28,962 nucleotides of DNA, from positions 1 to 28,962 of the IMG/VR virus record IMGVR_UViG_3300044724_004398. One strand, 5' to 3'. Under the pieces are notes generated by a model. The model was not told the DNA's origin and ran no database searches. It was given only the letters and a program-made list of their open reading frames with translations. Origin of the DNA: a virus. Its lineage: Duplodnaviria > Caudoviricetes. Each line of letters begins with the position of its first letter. Within the stretch, counting starts at the first letter, position 1. The position numbers were made by a program, and so were the translations under genes. Of the stretch, positions 1 to 9,293 are shown one piece after another.

Positions 1-2
1 AT

Positions 3-290
3 TTAGAACAGAACACAGAGTTTCGTATAAAGTGGCCTAGAGGAGAAATGGGTTCTCTTCCAGCAGATAGTGAACAGTTTATGTTATTAGAACATCTTGC
101 TAGTGAATTAGAAAAACTAGCAACAGAAATTGAAACAGGTAAAGCACCGTTTGATCAACAACAAGCACTTACACTAGACTTTTATAAACAAAGAATTGAA
201 GGTCTAGAACAAATGATTGAGAAGATACGTAACGATCAAATGGATATGATTCACGATCTTAACGGAATGAAAAAGAACGGTGGTCACTAA
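3..290 (+). CDS. Hypothetical phage protein, 5'-truncated by the window edge
   Basis: The frame of ORF 48..290 is open back to position 3 (LEQNTEFRIKWPRGEMGSLPADSEQF...). Its stop overlaps the next start (TAATG). Confidence 0.75.
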   Translation, partial: LEQNTEFRIKWPRGEMGSLPADSEQFMLLEHLASELEKLATEIETGKAPFDQQQALTLDFYKQRIEGLEQMIEKIRNDQMDMIHDLNGMKKNGGH

Positions 291-511
291 TGGTAGAAAC
301 ACTGTTCGTATTATTTCTGACACTTGGGGGTGAAGCAAAAGAATGGACACCTCATTTTACGTTGTCTGAATGTTTGGCTGTGAAGAGAAAGATTGAGCGC
401 AACGTAGGTAAGGAAGCGGGTAGTAGATATTCTTGTAAAAAAGATACAGTAAGATTAGAGCTTATCAGTGCAAACCCTGATTATTACACTATTGTCGAGT
501 TTGTAGACTAG
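290..511 (+). CDS. Small hypothetical protein with hydrophobic N-terminus and two Cys
   Basis: 73-aa ORF coupled to the upstream stop. Confidence 0.7.
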   Translation: MVETLFVLFLTLGGEAKEWTPHFTLSECLAVKRKIERNVGKEAGSRYSCKKDTVRLELISANPDYYTIVEFVD

Positions 512-532
512 TTTAAGATAGGAGACAGAGTA

Positions 533-1126
533 ATGGATTTCATTATCGATCAACTTATTACATGGTGGCAGTTTACTGTAGTTGGTATTCTTATCATCAT
601 TGGATGGCTAGCTAACAGAATGGGTATAGATTGTGATGAAGAAATTATTGGTTTTGAATATAGAGTTATGCCACAGCTAAGACCACTAAAGATAGAGACA
701 GCGGGCAAAGGGTTCTGGGGTGCTATCTGGATGTGGATTACAGGAACACGTCACTGGGAAGTTGCAGATGACTGGGCTTTCAAGATTGAAGGTGAATGGT
801 ATATCATACCACAAGGATTTAGATTTGATGGAGCATCAATACCTAAGTTCTTACATACATGGCTATCACCAACTGGAGTTTTGTTGATGGGTGGATTAGT
901 ACACGACTACGCTTATAAGTATGCTACACTATTGAAGTCGGGTCAAAAAGAAACAATGGGAGAAATTGATCAGAAGAAAGCTGATCAGATATTCAGAGAC
1001 ATCAACATTGAACAGAATGGTTTTCATTTCTTAAATTATCTTGCTTATTGGGCTCTACGTTTAGGTGGATTTGTTGCATGGAACGGCCATAGAAAAGTAA
1101 ATGCACAAATAGAATTAAATAAATAG
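533..1126 (+). CDS. DUF1353-family protein with N-terminal TM segment
   Basis: IPQGFRFDGASIP, VHDYAY and KKADQIF motifs; SD AGGAG upstream. Confidence 0.8.
   Translation: MDFIIDQLITWWQFTVVGILIIIGWLANRMGIDCDEEIIGFEYRVMPQLRPLKIETAGKGFWGAIWMWITGTRHWEVADDWAFKIEGEWYIIPQGFRFDGASIPKFLHTWLSPTGVLLMGGLVHDYAYKYATLLKSGQKETMGEIDQKKADQIFRDINIEQNGFHFLNYLAYWALRLGGFVAWNGHRKVNAQIELNK
1118..1125 (+). promoter_or_regulatory. Possible T4-like late promoter (AATAAATA)
   Basis: NATAAATA box 30 nt upstream of the start at 1155. Confidence 0.4.
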
Positions 1127-1154
1127 TACTAAGGTTTAGTATTGGAGCCACACA

Positions 1155-1433
1155 ATGCCTGAGCAAGAAGTCAACCTATTTGAATATGTTGACCGTCTTA
1201 GAATAGAATCTAAGAGGGAGCATGAACGATTGCACGAAAGAATTAGTGATATGAAAGACGAGCTGCTTAATGAAATTAAGGAGATGCGTAAGGAACAGCA
1301 AGAAATCAATCATCGAATGGATGACCGTGTTACAAAACTGGAACGCTGGAAATGGTCCATTGTTGGCGGTGCTATTGTTGTTGGTTTTATTTTGGCTGAT
1401 GGAATGAGCATGATACAAAAAATTATTGGTTGA
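1155..1433 (+). CDS. Coiled-coil protein with C-terminal TM helix (holin/XhlA-like architecture)
   Basis: Charged heptad region followed by WKWSIVGGAIVVGFIL; SD GGAG. Confidence 0.65.
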   Translation: MPEQEVNLFEYVDRLRIESKREHERLHERISDMKDELLNEIKEMRKEQQEINHRMDDRVTKLERWKWSIVGGAIVVGFILADGMSMIQKIIG

Positions 1434-1458
1434 CTTAAAACTCCGATTACCTTATACT
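1430..1458 (+). promoter_or_regulatory. Sigma70-type promoter for primase
   Basis: TTGACT (1430-1435), 17 nt spacer, TATACT (1453-1458). Confidence 0.8.
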
Positions 1459-1464
1459 TTTGTA

Positions 1465-2460
1465 ATGAGCACGTGGATAGATCACAAATATATTAACTTA
1501 CTCTCACCTCAGCTTGAACGATTTGCACGCAAGTCTGATAAGCTGTACAACTTCCGTTGTCCTTTCTGTGGTGACTCTCAGAAGAACAAATGGAAAGCAA
1601 GAGGCTATGTCTATGATATCAAAGGCAGCCTCAACTTCAAATGTCATAACTGTAGCCATAGTACATCTCTTAGTGGACTACTTAGACATCTAGATCCATT
1701 TATGCACAAACAGTATAAGGTTGAAAGATTTGCTGAAGGCCACAGCAATACTGTACCTAAGCAAGTAAAGACAGAACTCAACTTTACTCCTAAGTTCAAG
1801 CCAAAATCTATCTTAGATAAACTTATGACGAGATTAGATGTCTTGGATGAGGATCATCCAGCCAAAGTTTTTTACAGAAAAAGAAAACTACCTGAACAAA
1901 AACTATCCGAACTTTACTACATAGAGGACGTTCAACTTCTGGAACAACTTTCAGACAAATACAAAGACCGTATAGTTGGTACTGAGCCTAGACTAGTTAT
2001 TCCTTTTTATAACAGATTAGGAAAATTAATTGGTGTTACGTGTAGAGCGCTTGGAAATGAAAGACTCAGATACATAACTATTAAGATAAGTGATGATGAG
2101 CCTCTTGTCTATAATATAGATAAGATTGACAAATCAAAGACTGTATATGTAACGGAAGGACCACTAGACTCAATGTTCCTACCTAATGCAATTGCTGTTG
2201 GTGGTAGTGATCTGAAGAAAGTCTCTAGTATGGATCTAGATGCAGTCTATGTGTTCGATAATCAGCCAAGAAGTCCTGAGCTGGTTAAGATTATGGAGTC
2301 CATGACTAATCAGAAAATGGTTGTGTGGCCAAAAAATATTGAAGAAAAAGATATTAATGACATGATTCTTGCAGGTCGTGAAGTATCAGAGATTATACAT
2401 ATGAACACGTTTTCGGGATTGAGTTTGAAGCTCGCTATTTCTCAATGGAGCAAGATATAA
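1465..2460 (+). CDS. gp61: DNA primase, T4 gp61-type
   Basis: Zn ribbon NFRCPFCGDS...FKCHNC; TOPRIM motifs VYVTEGPLDSMF, VFDNQPR, KDINDM. Start moved to ATG 1465. Confidence 0.95.
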   Translation: MSTWIDHKYINLLSPQLERFARKSDKLYNFRCPFCGDSQKNKWKARGYVYDIKGSLNFKCHNCSHSTSLSGLLRHLDPFMHKQYKVERFAEGHSNTVPKQVKTELNFTPKFKPKSILDKLMTRLDVLDEDHPAKVFYRKRKLPEQKLSELYYIEDVQLLEQLSDKYKDRIVGTEPRLVIPFYNRLGKLIGVTCRALGNERLRYITIKISDDEPLVYNIDKIDKSKTVYVTEGPLDSMFLPNAIAVGGSDLKKVSSMDLDAVYVFDNQPRSPELVKIMESMTNQKMVVWPKNIEEKDINDMILAGREVSEIIHMNTFSGLSLKLAISQWSKI

Positions 2461-3077
2461 TGGAAGTGACACTAATAGATCATATGGGAAGTGACCTGTC
2501 TGTTGTTAATGCAGCCAGGGTATCATTCGCAAAAGAACACAAAGAACTAGACGGAGAAAAAGATGAAAGGCTTATCAGATTTCTGGCACAGCACAATCAC
2601 TGGTCTCCGTTTGGACACGCATCACTACAGTTTCATATAAAAGCACCTGTCTTCGTAGCAAGGCAACTTGTAAAGCATCAAGTTGGTCTTGTATGGAACG
2701 AAGTGTCACGTAGATATGTAGATGATGAACCAGAATTTTATGAACCTAATGAATGGCGTCTAAGAGCAGACGATAAAAAACAAGGTTCGAGTGACGAGAC
2801 TATTGAATACAGTATTGCACCTGCAATGATGTACATTAAAGAATGTTATACAAATTTATTAAAAACAGGCATTGCGCCAGAGATGGCTCGAATGGTCCTG
2901 CCACAGAATATGATGACTGAGTGGTATTGGTCAGGCACACTAATGGCGTTTGCTAGAGTATGTAACCTTAGATGTGCACCAGACACTCAGGCAGAAACAA
3001 GAATTATTGCTAATAAAATTAAAGAACAAACACAAAAGCTATTTCCAATTTCGTGGAAATATTTAACGGAGATATAA
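2460..3077 (+). CDS. thyX: Flavin-dependent thymidylate synthase
   Basis: VVNAARVSF, HWSPFGH, ARQLVKHQ...NEVSRRY, PEMARMVLP; ATG 2460 overlaps the primase stop. Confidence 0.95.
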   Translation: MEVTLIDHMGSDLSVVNAARVSFAKEHKELDGEKDERLIRFLAQHNHWSPFGHASLQFHIKAPVFVARQLVKHQVGLVWNEVSRRYVDDEPEFYEPNEWRLRADDKKQGSSDETIEYSIAPAMMYIKECYTNLLKTGIAPEMARMVLPQNMMTEWYWSGTLMAFARVCNLRCAPDTQAETRIIANKIKEQTQKLFPISWKYLTEI

Positions 3078-4988
3078 ATGGACAATCAACTTCCAACCCT
3101 ATACCAACAGTTCATTCACCTATCTAGATACTCTCGATGGCAGAATGATAAAGGCAGACGTGAGACATGGTCAGAGACTGTAGGACGTCTACTTAACTTC
3201 TTTGAAGATCATCTTACAGAAAACTATAACTTTACTTTAGATTCAAAGACACGTTCTGATCTAGAACAAGAGATCTTGTCTCTTGGAGTAATGCCTTCTA
3301 TGAGAGCAATGATGACAGCAGGTCCTGCATTGGCTAGAGATAACATTGCAGGTTACAATTGTTCATTCAAAGCTGTTAATAAAGTTACTGCGTTCGATGA
3401 GATTCTGTATATTCTTATGAATGGTACAGGGGTTGGATTCTCAGTTGAACGCCAGCATGTAAACGAACTGCCAAGAGTTGCAGATGAGTTCCATCCTACT
3501 GATACTGTTATCTCTGTTGCAGACTCACGTCTTGGATGGGCAAAAGGTTTGAAGGAACTGATTGCTCTGCTGTACGCAGGACAGATACCTACTTGGGATC
3601 TGTCCAAACTTCGTCCTGCTGGTGCTGTGTTAAAAACATTTGGTGGTCGTTCATCTGGTCCAGAACCACTAGACGATCTATTCCGTTTCACAGTTGATGT
3701 ATTTAAGAATGCAGCAGGCCGTAAGTTGACGTCCCTTGAATGTCACGATCTTGTATGTAAGATTGCAGAGATTGTTGTTGTAGGTGGTGTACGTAGATCA
3801 GCACTAATATCCCTCTCTAATCTTTCTGACGACCGTATGAGGCACGCTAAGGCAGGACAATGGTGGGAAAACGAAGCACAACGTGCACTTGCCAATAACT
3901 CAGCAGCATATACAGAAAAGCCAGACATTGGTATCTTTATGGATGAGTGGAAAGCATTGTACGACTCAAAGTCAGGTGAGCGTGGTATCTTTAATCGTGA
4001 GTCAGCTCAGATGGCTGCATCACGTTCTGGTCGTAGAGATGCCAACTATGAGTTTGGTACCAATCCATGTTCAGAGATTATTCTACGTGATGAAGAGTTC
4101 TGTAATCTGACAGAAGCTGTTGTACGTGAAGGTGACTCTATGGATGACCTGATGCGTAAAGTAGAGTTTGCAGCTATTATGGGAACATTCCAATCTACAC
4201 TTACTAACTTTAAGTACATAAATAAAGGTTGGAAAAACAACTGTGAAGAAGAAAGACTACTTGGTGTCTCTCTTACTGGTATTATGGACTCCGAACTCAC
4301 AAATGGAAAGAAAGAAGGTCTAGCTGAACGCCTAGAGCAGCTAAGAGACCATGCCGTCGAGGTGAACAAGAAATGGGCAGAGAAACTTGGAATCAATCAA
4401 GCAACAGCAGTAACTTGCGTGAAACCCTCAGGTACAGTATCCCAACTAGTGGATTCTGCGAGTGGTATTCATGCACGTCACAATCCTTACTACATCAGAA
4501 CAGTACGTGCGGACAAGAAAGACCCGTTGTGCAAAATGATGGTAGATGCAGGGTTTCCAGTTGAAGATGATGTAATGAAACCACAACATACTTCAGTGTT
4601 TTCATTCCCAATGAAGGCACCAGAGAATGCTGTGTTCCGTACAGACATGACAGCTATTGAACAGCTTGAGCTTTGGTTAACATATCAAAAGAGTTGGTGT
4701 GAGCATAAGCCATCAGTAACTATCTCAGTCAAAGAACATGAGTGGATGGAAGTTGGCTCATGGGTGTATAAAAACTTTGATTGGATGTCTGGTGTATCAT
4801 TCCTTCCATTCTCAGATCATACATACCGCCAAGCTCCATACCAAGATTGTGGTGTTGAAGAATACGAAGAGCTAAAAGCTCAAATGCCACAAAATGTTGA
4901 CTGGAGTATTCTATCTGAGTATGAAAGCTCAGATATGACAGAAGGTGCACAGGAGCTAGCATGCGTCGCGGGCGGATGCGAAATATAG
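3078..4988 (+). CDS. nrdJ: Adenosylcobalamin-dependent class II ribonucleotide reductase (monomeric RTPR-like)
   Basis: YNCSF, GTGVGFS, VVGGVRRSALI, TNPCSE, KPSGTVS, C-terminal ACVAGGCEI; no beta-subunit gene follows. Confidence 0.92.
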   Translation: MDNQLPTLYQQFIHLSRYSRWQNDKGRRETWSETVGRLLNFFEDHLTENYNFTLDSKTRSDLEQEILSLGVMPSMRAMMTAGPALARDNIAGYNCSFKAVNKVTAFDEILYILMNGTGVGFSVERQHVNELPRVADEFHPTDTVISVADSRLGWAKGLKELIALLYAGQIPTWDLSKLRPAGAVLKTFGGRSSGPEPLDDLFRFTVDVFKNAAGRKLTSLECHDLVCKIAEIVVVGGVRRSALISLSNLSDDRMRHAKAGQWWENEAQRALANNSAAYTEKPDIGIFMDEWKALYDSKSGERGIFNRESAQMAASRSGRRDANYEFGTNPCSEIILRDEEFCNLTEAVVREGDSMDDLMRKVEFAAIMGTFQSTLTNFKYINKGWKNNCEEERLLGVSLTGIMDSELTNGKKEGLAERLEQLRDHAVEVNKKWAEKLGINQATAVTCVKPSGTVSQLVDSASGIHARHNPYYIRTVRADKKDPLCKMMVDAGFPVEDDVMKPQHTSVFSFPMKAPENAVFRTDMTAIEQLELWLTYQKSWCEHKPSVTISVKEHEWMEVGSWVYKNFDWMSGVSFLPFSDHTYRQAPYQDCGVEEYEELKAQMPQNVDWSILSEYESSDMTEGAQELACVAGGCEI

Positions 4989-5146
4989 GAACAGTTGAGT
5001 CTCCTTGTATAAATATTTGCACCCTAGACGAAAATAATATTTGTCTAGGGTGTTTTCGGACTAAAGATGAGATACGTGAATGGCTATATAGTGATGATGA
5101 GGAGCGTGAAAGAATATTACAAAATTGTATAGACAGAGGAGCATAG
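4961..5146 (+). CDS. DUF1289-family small Cys-rich protein (start could be 4976)
   Basis: SPCINICTLDENNICLGCFRTKDEIREW signature. Confidence 0.8.
   Translation: MRRGRMRNIGTVESPCINICTLDENNICLGCFRTKDEIREWLYSDDEERERILQNCIDRGA
5008..5015 (+). promoter_or_regulatory. T4 late promoter consensus TATAAATA
   Basis: Exact match, inside the DUF1289 ORF and upstream of the 5147-17239 gene run. Confidence 0.5.
5020..5056 (+). terminator. Hairpin plus short U-tract, possible intrinsic terminator after nrdJ
   Basis: CACCCTAGAC (5020-5029) pairs with GTCTAGGGTG (5043-5052), followed by TTTT. Confidence 0.35.
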
Positions 5147-5344
5147 ATGTCTGAGCCAAAAGACGTAGTAATAGAATGCGAATGTGATCAATGTGGAGCT
5201 ATATTTGACATCTCAGTAAATCAAACATATGAGTATGATTTACAGTTTTGTCCTTTCTGCGGAAGTGATTTACCTGAAGAATACGATGACGATGATGATT
5301 TTATAGAAGATAATTATGATTTTGAAGATGACGACATACGATAA
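5147..5344 (+). CDS. Small zinc-ribbon protein with acidic tail
   Basis: CDQC...FCPFCG, D/E-rich C-terminus; SD GAGGAG. Confidence 0.8.
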   Translation: MSEPKDVVIECECDQCGAIFDISVNQTYEYDLQFCPFCGSDLPEEYDDDDDFIEDNYDFEDDDIR

Positions 5345-5771
5345 CCCATGGGTGTTTGAAGGTCTAACCTTTGAGTCAGAAGACATTGGTGATTACTTTG
5401 GATTTGTTTATATGATTACAAATCTCACCAATGGTCGCAAATATATTGGTCGCAAATATTTCTACACAATCAGAAAACAAGCTGGAAAGTCTCGCCGTGT
5501 TAGAAAAGAATCTAACTGGAAGGATTACTATGGTTCCAGTGATGAGCTAAAAGCAGATATAGAAGTAGTTGGAGAAAGATACTTCAAAAGGATAATTTTA
5601 AGTTTGCATAAAACAAAAGGTGATGTAAACTATTCAGAAGTTAAAGAACAATTCATAAATAATGTATTAGAAGACGACACATTTTATAATAGCAATATTA
5701 ATGGAAAGTGGCATAGGCCACCTGATCATATAGTTGAAGCGAGAAAAGTAGCCTGGCATGTTAGTGGTTGA
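5328..5771 (+). CDS. GIY-YIG-family endonuclease (Seg-like)
   Basis: GFVYMITNLTNGRKYIGRK, YYGSS, E...FI and FYN motifs. Confidence 0.8.
   Translation: MTTYDNPWVFEGLTFESEDIGDYFGFVYMITNLTNGRKYIGRKYFYTIRKQAGKSRRVRKESNWKDYYGSSDELKADIEVVGERYFKRIILSLHKTKGDVNYSEVKEQFINNVLEDDTFYNSNINGKWHRPPDHIVEARKVAWHVSG
5654..5661 (+). promoter_or_regulatory. Possible late promoter (CATAAATA) upstream of the glycan cluster
   Basis: NATAAATA about 100 nt before the GT61 start. Confidence 0.35.
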
Positions 5772-6864
5772 ACAAGATCTAGAACATATCCCCACCAAAG
5801 AATTAAAACCATTTAGTTACAGAGAATATACGGTCAAGTTGTTAGAAGAAAGATCTAACAATTGGATTGATCATACATTCCAGTATCCTGAGAAACCATT
5901 CAAACAATTTACGTTTGATAAAGGCTTTGCCATATCTGGTAGTCATGAACATGGTTTGTTTGGTATAGTAGATGAACATAATTTTTATCATCATGAGTTC
6001 TCTAAGGATGCTGTTAATTTTATTAACAATAGTGACTTTTGGAAACCTCGAACTGTTCCAGGTATTCCAGGTGGTGAAAAGTTTGATCTTACTACTGATG
6101 GTATAAAAGAAGTTGAGTTTGATGGACCAATCAATCTATGGTTCAACATTCAACAGTATTGGCATTGGTTCTTTGAAGACTTGCCATTAATAGAAGGATT
6201 CAGAGATAACCACTGGCCTATCATTACTAACAAACTAAAACCATGGCAACAAGATTCGTTGACATACTTCCCTGACATTATCAAAAGAGTTGTAGAAGTA
6301 GATACACCATGTGTTGTCAAAGCACCTAAGTATTACACATACACATATCCTGCAACATCATATAGAGGTAAGGCTAATAGTTGGGTTGGAGAGTTTCTAA
6401 GAGACAATCTTAAATCAGAGTTTGCTTTTCCATTTCAGAAAGTATACATTAGTAGAGGTGATGCTGCTGCACGATGTGTAGATAACGAAGATGAGGTTAA
6501 AAGATATTTGTCTGAACATGGCTTTGTGTGTTATGATAATTTTTCTAATTTAGATATATCTGAAAAGATTAATGTCTTTGGCCAAGCTAAGATTGTTATC
6601 AGTCCAACTGGTGCTGGTCTTACTCACGTACATGCTATGCCTAAAGGTGGAACAGTAATTGATTTTAACCATCACTTTGAACTGAAAGAAGAATGTGGAT
6701 GGAATAACTTAGCTGACGTATGTGGTTTGAATTGGTATACGTTTCCAGCTATTACAACCAATGATACAGAGAGATCAAAACAAGGAGGAGTGAAAGCAAA
6801 GAATAAAAACCTGATGGTTGATATCAATACACTCCACAAGGTTTTGTGTTATGTTGAAGGTTAA
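5758..6864 (+). CDS. Glycosyltransferase family 61 (DUF563) protein
   Basis: QYWHWFFEDLP, KVYISRGDAAARCVDNEDEV, AKIVISPTGAGLTHV. Confidence 0.85.
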   Translation: MLVVEQDLEHIPTKELKPFSYREYTVKLLEERSNNWIDHTFQYPEKPFKQFTFDKGFAISGSHEHGLFGIVDEHNFYHHEFSKDAVNFINNSDFWKPRTVPGIPGGEKFDLTTDGIKEVEFDGPINLWFNIQQYWHWFFEDLPLIEGFRDNHWPIITNKLKPWQQDSLTYFPDIIKRVVEVDTPCVVKAPKYYTYTYPATSYRGKANSWVGEFLRDNLKSEFAFPFQKVYISRGDAAARCVDNEDEVKRYLSEHGFVCYDNFSNLDISEKINVFGQAKIVISPTGAGLTHVHAMPKGGTVIDFNHHFELKEECGWNNLADVCGLNWYTFPAITTNDTERSKQGGVKAKNKNLMVDINTLHKVLCYVEG

Positions 6865-7615
6865 AGAATTTAAAGGACACAGTGGCTGCATGGTTGAACT
6901 TTATGATGATAATAGTACATATAAAGTTATCAAGTCAGGCAGTCGAAAGCTAGCTGCATCAGCTAATCTTTTAGATTGTCTTAGAATCAAAGGATTCAAA
7001 ACACCTAAGGTAAAAGTCATTTCTGAAGATAAGATAGAAATGGAATACATTAACGGTGTTGATATGAAGACATATATTGAACGTGCAGATAATAAAGATA
7101 TAGATAAACTAATTAGTTTTATTAACTCATACTTTGATAGTTTCAAAGCATTTGAAGAAATAGACATTAGACAACCTATAGTTGATAAGCTATCAAGTAT
7201 AGAAGAGCACGTTGACTTTGATAGAATAAATTTTAGTTTTATTCAGTTGCTAGAAAGATTACCACAAGAAGTAACTGTAGATGTTTGTCATGGTGACTTT
7301 ACTTTAGATAATATTCTATATTACAAGAATGACTTTTATCTCATTGATGCTAACCCAACTGACATATCATGTGTAGAGTATGATGGATCAAAGCTAAGAC
7401 AAGATTTAGATTGTTTGTGGTTTGTTAGGAATAGAAAGAACAAGACAAACTATAGAATTGTATGTAACAAGATAAGTAACGAGTTGAAAAAACAGTGGAC
7501 TTTTTTGAGGAATGATAGTATACTAATCTTTATGCTCTTGAGAATACTTCCTTACTGTACAGAGGAAAGTACGAGAGACTTTTTATATAAGGAGATCAAT
7601 AAACTATGGCCATAG
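6851..7615 (+). CDS. APH/choline-kinase-fold phosphotransferase
   Basis: GHSGC loop, VIK, MEYING, CHGDFTLDNIL, YLIDAN. Confidence 0.85.
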   Translation: MLKVKEFKGHSGCMVELYDDNSTYKVIKSGSRKLAASANLLDCLRIKGFKTPKVKVISEDKIEMEYINGVDMKTYIERADNKDIDKLISFINSYFDSFKAFEEIDIRQPIVDKLSSIEEHVDFDRINFSFIQLLERLPQEVTVDVCHGDFTLDNILYYKNDFYLIDANPTDISCVEYDGSKLRQDLDCLWFVRNRKNKTNYRIVCNKISNELKKQWTFLRNDSILIFMLLRILPYCTEESTRDFLYKEINKLWP

Positions 7616-8304
7616 TTTTTCCGTGCGCAGGTAGAAGTTCAAGATATCCTGGCGAGAGACCAAAGTATCTTCTCACTATGTATGATGGTGAACTGATGAT
7701 TGAGAAAGCTGCAAGTCCATACATCTTAAATGATGATGACGTGCACTTTATTATTTTGAAGCAACATGATGATCAGTTTGATGCTGCAAGAATATTAGAA
7801 CACACATTTGATGGTAATTGCATTATTCATATCTTAGATGAAGTAACATCTGGTCCTGCAGAGACTGTATATCAGGTTTCCAAAGGTCTAAATAATAGAC
7901 CACTGTTTATTGCTGACTGTGATAGTTTCTTTGACGCTCCTTTAAAACATGGTAATTATGTTTGTGTTGGAGATCTCAGAGATAACTTAGATTTGTATAA
8001 CGTAGCAGCAAAGAGTTTTGTACAGACTACTGAACAAGGGATGGTAACTAACATAGTAGAAAAGAACGTCATTGGTAATCTGTTTTGCGCAGGTGGCTAT
8101 AGCTTTGCATCAACAGATGATTACAATAGAGCTTACAAAGAACTCAGAGATAGAGACAGTGAAGTATTTGTAAGCCACGTCATTAAACATTTACTCTCAG
8201 ACTTACAATTTGATACACAGAAGATATCCAACTTCGTTGATTGTGGGACGTACAAAGAGTTTGCAGAGTACAACTATAAAAGGATCTTACAGCAATGTTC
8301 TTAG
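7606..8304 (+). CDS. Sugar-phosphate/LicC-like nucleotidyltransferase (GT-A NTP transferase)
   Basis: VFPCAGRSSRY...PKYLL, GPAETV, ADCD, IVEK, DCGT. Confidence 0.85.
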   Translation: MAIVFPCAGRSSRYPGERPKYLLTMYDGELMIEKAASPYILNDDDVHFIILKQHDDQFDAARILEHTFDGNCIIHILDEVTSGPAETVYQVSKGLNNRPLFIADCDSFFDAPLKHGNYVCVGDLRDNLDLYNVAAKSFVQTTEQGMVTNIVEKNVIGNLFCAGGYSFASTDDYNRAYKELRDRDSEVFVSHVIKHLLSDLQFDTQKISNFVDCGTYKEFAEYNYKRILQQCS

Positions 8305-9293
8305 GAGAGTACTTAGATAAACCAGAAGTAACAGAGATTGAAAAGTCTCTTACAAAAGAAAACTTCTTAGAAAAAGCTACAGAAGCATATAGAATTATCT
8401 TCGAAGAAGAACCACATCCAGCAGTATTCTCAGGCTGGAAGTTCTTTGACACCAGACGTGAGATGGCAGAAGATAGATATGGTAAGTTTGACAAGTATCC
8501 ATTTATGGATGTTGAACTTATGGAAAAAGGTTTTCATATCTTTAGAATGATCTTTGCTCGACATGCTGGTGACTTACGTGGTGAAGGAATGGAAGGATTT
8601 GATAATGGTATTGGAATCTTTAAGTTCGAAGATTATGCTGATAATAACTTTCTTAATAAAGTTCGTGAAGAGATTGAGAAGTTTCCCAACATAGAAAATC
8701 TACAACCAGTAAATACAGTTGCTAATCTAAAAGACGGTGACTTTCCAAACATTACTGGTCTTGTTAAGAAGAGTGATATTTTTGACAGATTATGTACAGC
8801 TGTTCGTAGAGATCCAAACGATAAGGCTGTACAAGATTTCTATATGAAAACAACATATGTACAGAAAGTTGATAGTGCACCAGGTAATGGTGATATCCAA
8901 AAAGTATGTCATAGTGACGTGTTCTTTCCATGTATCAAATATTGGTACTTTCCATATGATGTAGAACCAGAAGATGGACCTTTCACTTTTGGAGAATATA
9001 GTATTAAACTAAACAAAAAAATACTTGACTTCCATTACAGAGAGAGTATAGCAGTTGTGAAAGGTACATGGGATCGTTCTCGTAACAAAGGTCACGGTGA
9101 AGGATCTTTTAGAGCTTTAGAACAAGATCTATCTGATATGGATATTGAGTTGAAAGGTCAACCAGTAAAAGCAAACACTCTTGTAATGGCTAATGTGTCT
9201 GGTTTCCATTGCAGAGGTGAAGTAACCAGACGTCATGTTCGTAGTGCTATTCATGGTGCTATTCGTATGGAGGATTGTTTTAGTGTCGCTTAA
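8295..9293 (+). CDS. PhyH-like 2OG-Fe(II) dioxygenase
   Basis: HxD in QKVCHSDVF, DVEPEDGPF, distal His in ANTLVMANVSGFHCRG. Confidence 0.8.
   Translation: MFLGEYLDKPEVTEIEKSLTKENFLEKATEAYRIIFEEEPHPAVFSGWKFFDTRREMAEDRYGKFDKYPFMDVELMEKGFHIFRMIFARHAGDLRGEGMEGFDNGIGIFKFEDYADNNFLNKVREEIEKFPNIENLQPVNTVANLKDGDFPNITGLVKKSDIFDRLCTAVRRDPNDKAVQDFYMKTTYVQKVDSAPGNGDIQKVCHSDVFFPCIKYWYFPYDVEPEDGPFTFGEYSIKLNKKILDFHYRESIAVVKGTWDRSRNKGHGEGSFRALEQDLSDMDIELKGQPVKANTLVMANVSGFHCRGEVTRRHVRSAIHGAIRMEDCFSVA

Noticed and set aside
4217-4224. CATAAATA late-promoter-like box
   Set aside because: Deep inside nrdJ, far from any start; likely chance.
3353-5022. Antisense and alternative-frame ORFs over nrdJ (and similar ones elsewhere)
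   Set aside because: Shadow ORFs of codon-biased genes, with no SD or recognisable motifs.
5432-5459. 13-nt direct repeat TGGTCGCAAATAT
   Set aside because: Encodes GRKY-I-GRKY in the GIY-YIG motif; only two copies, explained by the protein sequence.
5328-5771. GIY-YIG gene as an intron-borne homing element
   Set aside because: Free-standing and overlapping intact neighbours; no split gene or intron flanks; thyX and nrdJ are uninterrupted.
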